Positions 38,701 through 52,254 of a stretch of 64,000 bases of DNA are shown in pieces. The first letter of the stretch is position 1. Each line of letters starts with the position of its first letter. The position numbers were made by a program, and so were the translations under genes. Source of the DNA: Euprymna scolopes (taxonomy: Eukaryota); the NCBI GenBank assembly GCA_053919585.1, contig CM132795.1, one strand, 5' to 3'. Below the pieces are notes generated by a model. The model saw only the letters and a list, made by a program, of their open reading frames with translations, did not search any database and was not told where the DNA came from.

Positions 38701-41700
38701 ATTAGTAATAAACTTTTTCAGAGATATTATAAGAAAGAAGAAAGAAGAACAATTGGCCATTTTTGTACCATTTTTTTTTTTGCTCTCTTTTGACATTTTA
38801 ACCGACGTTCTGACACTTGCTGGATTCGTAAGACGCTTCTCTGTAAGAATATGTGCTTTTTGAAACTTATAAGTTGATTTTAGTTGAGATTGGGATAGTT
38901 TTGTTTTGTAGGCGTATATAGGCGTGTACGGGCCATCCCTATATAGAGAGTGCTACCGCCTCTCTGATAATTATTTTCACAGCCAAACAGCATCATGACT
39001 CTTGCGGGCTGCGATGTTGTTTGGCTGTGGCAAAGTGGACCATAGACTGGAGGTCAGAAGAGCACTTACCTCCATTGTTGGTTACTTACGAGACCTTTCA
39101 TATATTAAAAAATATATTACTTTTGGATTTAACAAAATAAAAGATATTCCAAATGGAGCTATCAAATAAAAGTTGGATTCTGTTGAACAAATAATAGACT
39201 GTTATGATATCCAACAACAAAATTCACTTAATGACAGGCAATAATATTGATTTTATATAACATTTGCTGTCCTTACCTAGCATAACTTGGGAGAAAAAGT
39301 AATGAATACATTTCAAAGATGACTGCAAAGCAAGTTCCCCCTCTACTGTGCTAGATTTTCTTACTTCTTGTCTTAATTCTTAAATTATGAAAATGGTTTA
39401 TTTTCTATATAATACAGTAAAGTCTGTAGATTAACCAGTAAATTACGGGGATAATCGACGTGTTATTTAAAAATATAAATTGAAATTCTAATCGATTTCA
39501 TTCATTACGTACTATATCCGGTTTAATATTTTCTTTAGTAATAGATATTTCTCAATATTCAGTTGTAATTGTCGTTGGCTAATAACCTGTTGTTTATCCA
39601 ATGCAAATAACGTCACAAATCTAATCACTGAGTAATTATTTTATCAAAGATTTATTTTATTATTCGTTTTAAAGTGATTTTGTAATACATATTATAGATT
39701 CTATTTCTGGCTAAAATAAAATTCAAACCTTAATTATACATTAAATTTGTGTCCTTTGGAAACCATTCGGACACTGACGGTCACAAAATATCAACGCTCT
39801 ACCTTCTATGTCAAGAGCAGTAAGTTAATGTTTGATCTCGTTCTTTCTATAAACTTTAATATTTTAAGACAAAAATGTTATTTATATTTAAATATTTCAT
39901 AAATACTACTTTATAAAACCAAAAAAATATATATATATAACAGAATAAGTTATTAAAATTATTTAAAAAAATAAAAGATTAAAATATATATAAAAAGTAC
40001 TTTGTAAAACTTATGCGTGTGTGTAGCATATGTGGAGATAGTCATGTTGGCTTGTTTCTAGTTTAGAGTGCGTTTTAAATAAACAAGTTGTGTTAAAAGA
40101 CGTATTTAAAAATAAATGTCTGTAGAATAAGGTGTCGACGAACGTTGCATGTTCGCCATCCTGTTGGGCGTTCCTAATGTAAAATAAGAAGACAAGTCTC
40201 ATTCTAACATTCCATTTATTGATTGTCTTCGTTACTATGTTGTATAGAGAAAGTGTTACGCGTGGAAAGTGTTCCCATGTGTGGAGACGTAGATTAAAGA
40301 TTAGATATGTCTGTTAAAATAGGCAAATGTTCATATGTGAATGTGTGGAAGTTATGGTCTGTAGTCATGATGCATTATTTGTCTCCTTCAAGTTAGTAGT
40401 AGAAACGTACGTAACGAAAGATAAGAGACAGTCCCATAGAGGGAAAGAGAGTTCGTGTGTGTACTGCATTGAAGTCCGTGTGTGGAGGTAGCCATGTTGG
40501 CTTGTTTGTATTCACATCTTAGTCAAACCCCAAGCCCGAAGGCTGAGTGAGTTCTGTTGAGTTCCCCAGAGAAAAGTTGTGGGACAGTATTGTTCCACAT
40601 AAAGATGTNNNNNNNNNNNNNNNNNNNNNNNNNNNNNNNNNNNNNNNNNNNNNNNNNNNNNNNNNNNNNNNNNNNNNNNNNNNNNNNNNNNNNNNNNNNN
40701 NNNNNNNNNNNNNNNNNNNNNNNNNNNNNNNNNNNNNNNNNNNNNNNNATTCACGTGACTGAGAGCTAGCTTCTGTTCGGACAAGCAAGGAAGGAAGTGT
40801 ATTTCAAAATCTCCAGCCGCGAGATTCGCTCCTACTTGTGCTCCTTGCAATTTCGTCTGCAACACGTTTTTTAAGGGAAGTTTTGAAAATATGTAAATAT
40901 TTCTTAAACACTAAAATAATACAAATAGATGAATTACCAATTTCTTTAAATATTTATTTAAGAATAAAAGTTAAAATTAAAAAAAAAATCATTAAAAATC
41001 AGCTTTTAAAAAATAAAACTTTATACTTTGATTTGTCGGACGCTTATTACGATATTTTTAGAGGGAGGGGTAAACTTTATTATCAACTAAGCAGGAAGTG
41101 ACGGTGGTTACGTAGGTAATGACACGAACTGACAACCTCGGTTTGACAAGTTCGAATTCAATTCGTTCCACAGAAATACTTTCACTATTGATGTTGGCTA
41201 CTTTCACGTGGTTCCTCCTGTAAGTATTTTATGCCTTTTTAAGAAAGAATTCGAACTAGAAAGGTATCGGGAAAACCAATGCCAATAATACAATCACCTT
41301 GTTTATATAAAATAAATGAACCAACCAACACATATTTTTTACCCATGCGAATTGTTTAGTTTTATTTTGATTTATTTTCTGTAACATATGTAATTTACAG
41401 AAATTGGACTCCCGGGCGATATCAGATATAAACTGCGAGTGTTGAGCTCAATGAATTAATAAAAAAGATAAAGAAAATTTTTTTTTGCAGTGGATGATTT
41501 TATTCTGAGCAAATTTCTTTCCAGCTGTTTAACCTGAAACGCGTTTACTATGCACAATTGAGAGCTCATTAACGTGTACAGTGGCCTTTTGAAAAAGGCA
41601 CTCCTTTCTTGGAAATCAGCCGTGAAAGTTGACACTGAATATTTCGCAAGGAGTCTTCACACCGATCGGTTGAAAAAGTTGATTAGTACCTTTTTTATCC

Positions 41701-42329
41701 TATGAGCCCCAAGGGTGTGTACAACCGATCCCTGATCTGCAGCTGAACAGACTAGATTGCATCATAGAAAGTTATGTCACTGCGACTATTGATTATTATA
41801 TTATAAAATCCTTTTTCTAGTTTTAATTGGCGACTGTATAAGAAAGAAGGGAACGATTTACGCAGTGAAATTGTTCAGTTTTGACAAAAAAACTATAAAA
41901 GAAATTTAAATCAACACGCGATCAGCTTTTGACACTCGCTTTATTTTTTACCAAAAAAACAAAATAATCATTCGTAGATCCAGGAAAACATTGATTATAA
42001 ACGTAGCCGTTATCAGTTTGGCTATTTCTCTCAACCACTGTCTAGGTTAATATTTGCTATGCGTATATGCAATTTAATATATAAGGAAAATTCAATGAAA
42101 TGGATATTTGATTCTGAATAGCCAATATCTATTTGTCTTCCACATATTTATGCTGTTCAGAAGATTTGGGATTTATATATTAATTTCATTTGGTTGATTA
42201 TAGACAACATGCGCAGCAAAATGTATTGAAGTTTTGAATAGGAAGAAACGAACAATATCATGAATAAAAGTCTCGTCACTGGAATATAGTAGCATAATAT
42301 TATCTTTCTCTCCCTCTCTCTTTCTCTCT

Positions 42330-42389
<60 letters not shown>

Positions 42390-42924
42390 AAGAATGAGAG
42401 TTCAATAGAAACCTTGTTTTAATTTGAATAAAATAAAATACGCATCTAGTGCGCTTGAAAGCCAAATGACAACGTAATCTTAGGAAAATAAACAAATATT
42501 TTACTTGTTTGAAATTTATCACAAATATATTTCGGAGGTACACTCCACCTTCAGTGTATTGTTTTGTTTCTGTTTTTTTCTTTTTCTTCTTCCTTGCCAT
42601 GTTGTAAATTTGGAGCAAGAAGTCTGTTTGTATAGTGGTGCGCGTTGTATCTGGCGGTTGTATTTTGAAATGTTTGAACTGTGCGAAGGTAACGCGTGAA
42701 TAACGTCAAGAATGAGAGTTTAATTTGAATAAAATAAAGTGCGCATCAAATTTTATTTTATTTGCAAGAATCTAATCCAAATTGAAATCGCTCAACAAAA
42801 GTAGCCTTACACCAACAGGCAAGTTGATGAGCTCATCAGTGAGAAGATTTAAAAACATTGCCTAATCGGCCAGGCTTGTAGTACACGAGTATAAACCCAA
42901 TGTATTAAAGTTCAATCTACGAAT

Positions 42925-43727
42925 ATACCATACCTCTCCATCGTACAGTATATTGATACTCCATGGCTGACTGGGATAGCTTCTGCACATGTATATCAGA
43001 TCTACCTTTGCGTTCCATGTTTAAAAAGTATGTGTCCTCTATAGTATCAAATCTGGCCGAATGGTTAATTGTAGATATAGACCGTTTCACACCCTAGAAA
43101 AAGCTCCAGAAAAAGCCTAACAGCCAGCCGTGGTTCTCTCCAGAATCTGCTGCTGCCATTGCACACAGAAATCACTTTTTTCCATTGCTTACAAAGTAAC
43201 ACATGTACTGAGACAAGCCGCTTTCAGGTCCGCCAGCAACCTCTGTAAAAAAGTAATCAAGAATGCGAAAGAGGTGTATGCTCGGTCCGTTAAGTTCAAG
43301 GTAACTGAGCAGCAGCTAGGGTTCTATCAGTTTTGGCAAATAGCAAACAGAATCCTGAGCAGAAGTGTGGGCTCTATCTCAACTATCATCAATGAATCTG
43401 AGGTGATCTCGTCAGCATCAGACAAAGACAAACTCTTTGCCTAAAACTTTGCAACTAATTCTACCCTTTACAACCAAGGCCACGAACCCCCAGTATTTCC
43501 TGGTGTATCTGAAAACACGCTATGCAACATACAAATATCTGCTAATCAAAAACCTTGATTCCAGTAAAGCAACTGGCCCTGATAGCATTCCAATTATAGT
43601 GCTCAAAAAGCTTCAACCAGAACTAGTGGTTACACTTACAAAGTTATTTAAGCATTGTCTTAAGGAGAAATGCTTCCCAACACCTTGGAAAAGCTCATCA
43701 GTATGCCCCGTATTTAAACATTCAGGT
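42925..43727 (+). mobile_element. Internal fragment of the CR1/L2-group LINE (linker region)
   Basis: Homologous to about 3197-3975 and 4102-4145; KATGPDSIPIIVLKK..WKSSSVCPVFK; lacks the 3981-4101 insert. Confidence 0.9.
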
Positions 43728-44699
43728 TTTATATTTTATTTGGACTAATTCATTTTCGTCGAAGGCAGACCCGACTTGGACAATTGTATACAATTTTTGA
43801 GCACTTCTGCGCATGCTCGTCACAAGATTTATTCAATACTAACAGTTTTTTCTTTCCACTCTTGTTTTATTTACAGGATGAGTCAATGTTTATAAAACAC
43901 TTTGCCGTTCTATTCTACAATATCGTGTGCGTTTAAGTATAAATCAATCAAGCAACAGTTTGAACTCATAATCGCTAGAGAGAAACACTTTTATTTGCAA
44001 GAGAATAACAGAAAATAAGGAAGGGGCTGTTTTTAAATAGTATAACGCGTAGTTCCTCATCTAATAAACTACCAACAAAGTCTCCCTATAAGATATGCGT
44101 GTGTCTCGTTATCATAGCATAAGATATATAAATAAGATTCGGGATACCAAAATAAGAGCCCATAAAACAAGCAATAAATGATAGATCTTTGTCTGTTGGC
44201 TGCCGTTTGATTTTGTTTACAAACGTAATTTTAACCTCCAACTTGAAGAGTTACTAATATCTGTATTATCTGAAACCAATTCCCCAATGTTCTATCCAAG
44301 CCAGCTGAGCTCTGATCAACTCTAAGATAAGCAGACATCTCTGAGAATTATTTATGGAAACCTCTCAACCGAAATATTTCTGATATGATGGGCAATAAAA
44401 ACTCGAAATATGAGAGGAAAAAAAATTATGGAAAGAAAAAATGCAAAACCTTGGAAAATGGTGATTTATGAAAGCTCTTATTCAACAGAGACGGATCTCT
44501 GTGCCTGTTTGTGGAGGTTTCAGATGGGAATGTTTTTTTGTGTGGGATAAACGTCTTAGTAATGCTTTCTTTACATTGCAAATAGAATATTCTATTGTTA
44601 GCAAATACGAGGATTTTTCCTGTAGTTCAAGAAAAGAAATGATCCATCTATAACAATTTGTATGCACACATTTAGTGATTAGTACACGCCCACTTTATA

Positions 44700-45333
44700 T
44701 TCATTAATTCTTATACTCGAATGGCCTTCGGGCCTTGATAAGTAGTAACTCCTAAGTAAAAAAAAATGTTCTATAAAAATATGTTTAAAATACATTTCAA
44801 TTGGGCCAATATTTATACATTTTTAATTCGATTCAGTATAATAAACTCTGTTTTGTTTTTTGTTTTTTTGCAAAAGAGCAACCACTTACCAAGGCCCAGA
44901 GGCCAGCCGAAGATAAGGGTTAATGAATGTACATTAATCAATGGGATTATAGTGTAGTAATCATAAGTAGTGGAAATTTTGTAACTTGGATTACTTAGAG
45001 AGACGGTTCATCAAGAACTTGTTTACGTTGGACTTGAAGACAATCAAATTGCAGTCAGCTGGAAAGCAAACAAACGGAAGAGAGTTCCACATGCGTTCAG
45101 TTCTAAGAAAGAAGCTTTGATCATGGAATCTACGTTTAGGTTTAGGCACAGAAAAAAGAGGGGGAAATTATTGATAATGGTTTTGGCTAGATGAGTGTTT
45201 TTCGTGAAAGTTTGACGAGGGGGGACCATAGATTAAAGCTCAGACGAGCACTTGCCATAAAATAACAATAAAGCAGAGAGAGGCCCACAACGTCTCTTTT
45301 GTGGGAAAGAGGTTGCAGGGAAGAGAAAAAGTC
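44700..45333. mobile_element. Two tail-to-tail LINE 3' fragments (+ 44700-44766; - 44850-45333)
   Basis: Family 3' stem-loop in both orientations; LQPLSHKRDV motif on the minus strand. Confidence 0.85.
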
Positions 45334-45734
45334 TCTACTTAAATAATTCATATTTTTTATATTAATTTTATGTATTAAATAATAATTTAATAATGATAAA
45401 TACACTTGATTTATCATGAATATAATAAATAATTACATTTAATAAAATATTATTAACATGAATTCATTAAATTTAAGTCTTCTAATTGAATTGAATTCAC
45501 TTTTGCATGATTTTTTAAAAATATATTTATAAATAAAAAGCGACCATATTTTTCATTTTATTTTTCCGGACTATTGACACGACTGTTTATGCAAGATGAA
45601 CGAGAAGGAAGAAAATAACGTATGTTATCTTTAACTTTTTTTCATTGAATTCATAAGAAATAAGATTATAATACAATTAACAGGCCGCCCAAATTTTTGT
45701 ATCTATAACACATGTTTTTTTTAATATTTATTTA

Positions 45735-46990
45735 TTTATTTATTTATTTTATGTTTACGCCTTCCTCTGCCTCCCTTTATGTAGCGTCGATCAGTATACT
45801 CTTTTAGGTGTAGTGTCTTCTCCATAGTCATTAGTTTCCTAGTCATTTGAATAAGATGTTTAAGGTATTTGTTGTCTAGCCTACAAATTATCATGAATAA
45901 CGTACTAGTGATACTGCACATGTATTTATTCTTATCTGTAATATTTCTACTATATAATTTTGCTTTTAAGAGTTTTCTTGCTCTTCTCAAGTACTTTATA
46001 ATCTACTTTTTCGTTACTACTTTTTTGATAATTCCTGCTTTTAGAACTCGAACGTAATGTTCGTTAAGCAGTGCACACTTTTCAGCTCCGAATTACATTT
46101 GAACGTACTGACTGAAGATATTTGTCGCATTTCAAGTTCCATTTGCTTTTTGCAAATAACTTCAGGTCGTCCATATACATAGGACGGTTTATTCTTTGTT
46201 CTGTGTATGTAAACTTGTACTCAGTATCACATTCCCTGGGTATTTTGTTGAGTGGTATCATTGTTATTATAAACAGCAGTGGTGACAGAGTATCTCATTG
46301 AAAAGTGCCTCTAGTTTTATCTCAGACAGATGCTGTCCTCTCATCTCTGTAAATCATATTCTCCTCCTTCATTGTTTTCTGTAATTTTTCACCTGATGTA
46401 CAGTTTTAGCTTTTTTTTTCAAAGTTTAGTGATATGGATTTCCAGTCTAATATCCGTCTAAGCTTTTATCGTCCATCTTTTTGCAAGTTTTTATCCTTCC
46501 TTTATTTCATGCTTATTGATTTTTCCCCTAAAGTTGAAGATCTGTGTTGGCATCTGTTGATATGCATATGAGGAGTATTAAACTTTTCTGTTTCTAATTT
46601 TATTTTCTTACAATTTTGGTTCTTATAGATGGGAGTTTGTTTTGTTATCGTCTACAGATCCTTTCGTATTTTCAATATATACTGCTATTTTTCAATAAAT
46701 TCTTTGCGTTCATAATTATTAGTTTCATCAGTTTCATAGTTTATGTTTTGCCTGTATTCTACCTGCAGATTTTCTTGATCTGTTATCTGTTGGATTTTAC
46801 CAACCTCTGTTGTGATCTGCTATTCTTCGTTTAGTTGTATGGTTGTCAGAAGACATATATCATAGATTTTTTATTTACTTTTAGTCACTCCCCCTGTATG
46901 TAATTATCAATCTATTACTTGGTCTGGGGCATTTTTCCTTTGGGTTTTTAGTTCGTTGTCTTTTCATTTCTGCTTTCTTGTGTTTGTGTT
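45735..46990 (-). mobile_element. Decayed R4/Dong-clade non-LTR retrotransposon RT fragment
   Basis: RGTFQ*DTLSPLLF, MYMDDLKLFAK, RRARKLLKAKL..TRKLMTM..LH.K..DRRYIKGGRG. Confidence 0.8.
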
Positions 46991-47068
46991 TATCGTGGTA
47001 CATGAAATTAGAATGATTTACCTATTTTTAATCAAAGATATATTGTTTCTGAAAGTGGAGCAGCAGAC

Positions 47069-47119
<51 letters not shown>

Positions 47120-47132
<13 letters not shown>

Positions 47133-47721
47133 AGGAACTGTAGTTGTGAGCTCGTTACCTATGAACGCGAAAACAGCTGGGCCGATTTTTATGAAATCTC
47201 ACACAAAGGTACTTTATGTGTCTGACAGTGTTCGTAGATAGGTTTTTGTATCGGAATATCTTCAATAAGTTGATAATCGAAGTAATCTGATTATAGAAGA
47301 AACAGGCGATTTTGCCCAAAGTTAAAACCTTACACAGCTTAATATCATGCGTGCAATTGAAAAGTTTGTAACCACAGAAGCCGAAAGGCTCAACATATAA
47401 AATCTACTGTACGTTCTTTATATGACAGGGGCGCGTTCGAAATGAATGCTTGTCTTTAGAGCACAACTGAAGTATGATACTTGACTTTTGCATTTTAACT
47501 CAATCTATTATATACAAAAATCAATGTCTCTACAGTGCAATGTAGGCTACAGTGTATTGTGAACTAAGTCACTGAGAGATGTATAGTTGCTTTCTCCTGG
47601 CACACCGCGATGGATCCCTAACTAGAGTAAGCAATCAATCGATTTGATTGAAAAATGGGCGATTGCACCGATTTCGATGATAATAAAAATATGAGAGTGT
47701 GAAACATTCAACGATCATCAT
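47120..47721 (+). mobile_element. Non-autonomous Helitron-like element, family 1, copy 4 (3' end replaced by a PLE relic)
   Basis: Homologous to 29148-29785. Confidence 0.7.
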
Positions 47722-48130
47722 TCAAATCACCCTAGTTCTATTAAGCATATCCTAGCATCAATCGTTTATAGAATTAACAATAATTACATTACTGAAGAAA
47801 TTCTCGACAATAATAGTCACATACACAAAAATGCTTAGCAATAACGACAGTAAGAAGTGTAACTGTAGAAATGAGAGCCAATGCCTACTACAACGAGAAT
47901 GCTTAACTAAAAGCATAGTGTACTTGTGTACTGTGTTTGCAGCAAATAAGCATAATCTAGAGAAATAGTATATAGGCAATACATATAAAAAACCATGAAA
48001 AACCATTTCGTAACCTAGATAGAAGTGAAGGCACCGCACTATCTGAGTATATACTATCTCTTAAGAAATACAATATAGTACGAGTATTAGGATGGAACAC
48101 CTTAAGAATGCTACACTCCTGATGCTGCAC
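47722..48130 (+). mobile_element. Penelope-like element relic (RT thumb remnant plus Naiad-type GIY-YIG)
   Basis: SNHPSSIKHILASIVYRI; KCNCRNESQCLLQRECLTKSIVYLCTV..YIGNT; TALSEYILSLK..W. Confidence 0.8.
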
Positions 48131-48236
48131 AACTCCACCTGAAAGTAAACCCTGATTAAATATTCAGATAACATAGCATTCACAGCAAAAATAATATTTC
48201 TTCACTATGGTCAACCTACACTACCTTTATAAAGAA

Positions 48237-48846
48237 CTAGCGTGAGTGCCCGGCGTTACCCGGGTGTCAGTGTAAAAGAAAAATGTTTTGGGAGGCATGT
48301 AGGCTCGAATCCGAAGCCTTAAGGCGATGGTGGAAAAGAACGTGTAAAAACAAAAAAACTAAAATCTTACCGCTCGGCCATGACGGACAGGGAGTGAAAG
48401 GCATCCTATTTTAGCGATTAAAAAATTAAGTGACAGGTGCGTAAATTTTATGAGGTCAAACATCACGCGACTTAACTTTCGCTGCAAGCCAGTTTTCACA
48501 AGCTGTTGGGGAAAACCAGCTCCCCATAAAAAGGGGAGTGTCCAAAAGAATAGTTTGGCTACATTGATCAAAGCTAGTGCAGAGCGCTGCCTTTTCTATG
48601 GATTCAGTTTCGCTTATATACGGACAAGCCAAACAAACACTCAGAGATATAAAAAAATCGCGAAAATAGCGTGTAAAAGTCGTCCAAATTAAAGATACAT
48701 GCGACATCGTTTCATGAATCGGAGATATTACAATCTAGGGAGTATATAAAAATGTCTAAGAAACAGTGACCCCCACCCCGAGCGCCCCCTCCCGCAAGCC
48801 TTTTCTGGACATACACAAAATGTGCACACACTAACACACATTTTGC

Positions 48847-48860
<14 letters not shown>
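48237..48860 (-). mobile_element. Non-autonomous Helitron-like element, family 3
   Basis: Minus 5' (TA)nAAAGGCAAAATGTGTG..; 3' hairpin CCCGGGTAACGCCGGG then CTAG|T. Confidence 0.72.
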
Positions 48861-48927
<67 letters not shown>

Positions 48928-48931
<4 letters not shown>

Positions 48932-49792
48932 CACCTTTAGGTGTATCAGAAGCTGACCTTACGAATGCGTGAAATATATTGAATAATTTGACCCCATGTC
49001 TTTCCAATCTTTTTTTCAATTAAAGGAGCAAGGACCAAGGTTTCATTTAAAAAAAAAAACAACTTGGTTTAAAAAGAAAAAAGGTTTTTAAACTTTGGAC
49101 TTTACTGGTAAATTTCTAAAAAAACACTTTCTTTTTTTAATTTGAATATATTATTTATTGATCTTTTATCTTCAGTTTGTGATATATAAAACTTTGGTGG
49201 GTAAATTAATTATTTACTTTTTAATAGACATTTCAAAATGAGGGCGTGAATTAATACGACCCCTATTTTGTCAAGATTATAACTACTCGAAAAATGTAAT
49301 TCAACCCCTAATATTTTTTTCAATTAAAGGAGCAAGGACCAAGGTTTCATTAAAAAAAATTAATTATTTGCTTTTAATAAACATTTCAAAATAGGGGGGG
49401 GGCGTGTCTAAAATATTATATTTTGTCTAAAAAAGGCGTGTCTAAAATATTATATTCGGTTTATTGGAAAGAGCATAAAATTTCACACTGCCCTGAAAAT
49501 ATCTTAAAAATTGAATCAATAGAAACATTTTCATAGATTTTTAAAATTTAAAAATTTTAAAATATTTAACTCGTAAAAATCAATTGATTTCATTACTGTT
49601 TTTTAAAAAATAATATTTTTATTACTTTTTATACAACTTTAATAGTTTATTTTGGAAGTATAATCCACAAAGAAAATATACAACCCACTTTTAAAAGAGA
49701 AATTACGAGATTTTTTTTATATTTTATTCGCAGTTACATATTAGGGGTATCAAAAATTCTCCCAAAATTCTGATACACATAGTGCATCTTAA
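48928..49792. mobile_element. Possible MITE with an internal duplication
   Basis: Imperfect inverted ends TGCAC..GTGTATCAGAA / TTCTGATACACATAGTGCA, with TTAA at the right end; direct repeat at about 49011 and 49314. Confidence 0.4.
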
Positions 49793-51379
49793 CCAATGAC
49801 GTTACTTTAAGTAAAAACATGAAACTGGATACACCACTAGACTAGATGTATGCTTGTCCTGGAATGCAGTAAGACCTAGAGACCACAAGAAANNNNNNNN
49901 NNNNNNNNNNNNNNNNNNNNNNNNNNNNNNNNNNNNNNNNNNNNNNNNNNNNNNNNNNNNNNNNNNNNNNNNNNNNNNNNNNNNNNNNNNNNNNNNNNNN
50001 NNNNNNNNNNNNNNNNNNNNNNNNNNNNNNNNNNNNNNNNNNNNNNNNNNNNNNNNNNNNNNNNNNNNNNNNNNNNNNNNNNNNNNNNNNNNNNNNNNNN
50101 NNNNNNNNNNNNNNNNNNNNNNNNNNNNNNNNNNNNNTATGTGTGCTTTATTTTATCCGTTTACCTAGTAAGTGCATTTATTTGAGTATCTCTTAACTGC
50201 TAACGACACCGTCCACTCCTAGCTTTCTGCCTAATAGAAGATCTGGATGCTATTATTTGAGAAGAAGAGGGGTTTCCTTTCTCTTTGATTCAGTTAACCA
50301 TGAGACACAAACGTCTCCGTTCATTGTTGTAAGTAGTTGCTTTATGAATGTGAACATTTCTTTCTTTCTTATCGAGCAAGTCCTCTTGTCTTAATGAAAA
50401 CCACCTTGACTCATACTTCATTAACTCAACAACATCACTTGAAATGGTCATCTCTCATAGATCAATGATGTCCTAATAACTTAATGACTTTTGAAGTCTC
50501 TTCATCGGTCAATCCCACTCAGCCTTATTAGCTGACCTCCTTCGCATCTCTCTTCTTATGAATTGTGTCGTTTCTTGATGTCCTTTTCAATTCTGATCTC
50601 CATTCAGACATGTTTCTCTAAGGATGACAGCCATACCCAGAAACCCTGAGCTCATATCACAAGTTCAAATAAGTTGAAATAATTAAATACTGATTATNNN
50701 NNNNNNNNNNNNNNNNNNNNNNNNNNNNNNNNNNNNNNNNNNNNNNNNNNNNNNNNNNNNNNNNNNNNNNNNNNNNNNNNNNNNNNNNNNNNNNNNNNNN
50801 NNNNNNNNNNNNNNNNNNNNNNNNNNNNNNNNNNNNNNNTCCAGAAGGGCCAAGGAAGATGGAAAGACCAAGGAGAGAAAGTACTAACCAGAACTTCACT
50901 GAATGAGTACAAAGAGGATTCTGACTTTATGGAGACGTATTAACACCAAAATTCAAGTGGTGACGAATGGTCATCGCCGGAGAGAAGCGAATGTCATATG
51001 GCTGTTGTAATAATGCAAATTCATCTGCAAAGGTTATCAAAATAGGTGTAGAGTACTGGAAATCGGGGGAGAATTGTTGTCAATTAGACCAAGCAACACC
51101 AATGGTTATTGTCAGAAAGCAACCTCTTGAATTGTGTGAGAACTCCTAGTGAGTGCATAATAATAAAAATAAATAAATATTTATAATAATCTTAACATCG
51201 ATTATTATCAATGTATAATCACTAATCATGAACTGTGTGGGAACTTAGAGAATAATGATTAATAATAAGCACAACACCAAGTTTATATTATAGAGTATCA
51301 AGTTATAATTTATTAGAATTCAATCTGATAGTGTTAAAATAAGACTACATTATATAGCGTTTCAATATTTAAATTTTTA

Positions 51380-51521
51380 ACTACCGACTATCAACGCCAT
51401 GGTTGTAGGTTCAATCCCTTGCTAGAGAAAGGCGCTAGTGTAGCCGCACTGATGAGATATGATACAACGGAATATTACTGTATATAAATAACTATATATA
51501 TGCATATACAATCATTTTTAT

Positions 51522-51530
<9 letters not shown>
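51380..51530 (+). ncRNA. Decayed tRNA-head plus hammerhead element, family B-related
   Basis: B box GGTTCAATCC (about 51408-51417), then TAGCCGCA-CTGATGA..TACTGTA and tail ..ATCATTTTTA as in 210-350; GAAA lost. Confidence 0.6.
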
Positions 51531-51581
<51 letters not shown>

Positions 51582-51750
51582 TTCTTTTTTTACCTGATGA
51601 ATATTCGATTTACATATAGAATTCGATTACATATATGTTAGTTTTTTTAGCACAAGAACGATAACATGTAAAATCGAAAAAATAAAAAAAATGATTTCTG
51701 TTAAGTTTAACAGTTTTTGCTTAAATAAAAAATGCTACATAAATACACGC

Positions 51751-51831
<81 letters not shown>

Positions 51832-51996
51832 CTACATCATTTAATCACATAAATCAATATACGAAAGTATAATTTTATGTGTTAACTTTAAGTATTTACT
51901 TCAACAGTGCTCAATACATAGGTAGAGCTAAGTTATAGAGTAAGTTGTAGAGCTAAGTTATAGAGTAAGTTGTAGAGTAAGTTATAAAAATATATA

Positions 51997-52126
51997 TGGC
52001 AATTAAGCTACACAGAATATTCCGCGTTTCATCCACGTTAGGATTCATCAGGCATTTGTCAGGCATAAGCCTGACGAATCCTCGTGTGGATAAAACGCAG
52101 AATATTCTGTGTAGCTTAATTGGCAC
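51997..52126. ncRNA. Two type I hammerheads (family C) in inverted, divergent arrangement
   Basis: Minus: GC-CTGATGA-ATCC taacgt GGAT-GAAA-CGCGGAATATTCTGT-GTA-GC. Plus: TAAGC-CTGACGA-ATCC tcgtgt GGAT-AAAA-CGCAGAATATTCTGT-GTA-GCTTA. Confidence 0.8.
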
Positions 52127-52254
52127 NNNNNNNNNNNNNNNNNNNNNNNNNNNNNNNNNNNNNNNNNNNNNNNNNNNNNNNNNNNNNNNNNNNNNNNNNN
52201 NNNNNNNNNNNNNNNNNNNNNNNNNNNNNNNNNNNNNNNNNNNNNNNNNNNNNN

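Noticed and set aside
41095-41175. tRNA-like head (AAGTTCGAATTC)
   Set aside because: Only a weak B box; no cloverleaf and no downstream hammerhead.
18195-42845. Isolated CTGATGA words at about 18203, 26978, 32951, 33895 and 42833
   Set aside because: They lack stem II plus GAAA plus stem I complementarity.
50170-51180. RTE-like (50170-50690, minus) and R4-like 3' end (51020-51180) relics; similar traces at 61200-61600 and 63660-63860
   Set aside because: Probably LINE debris, but motifs are too eroded to support a family call or boundaries.
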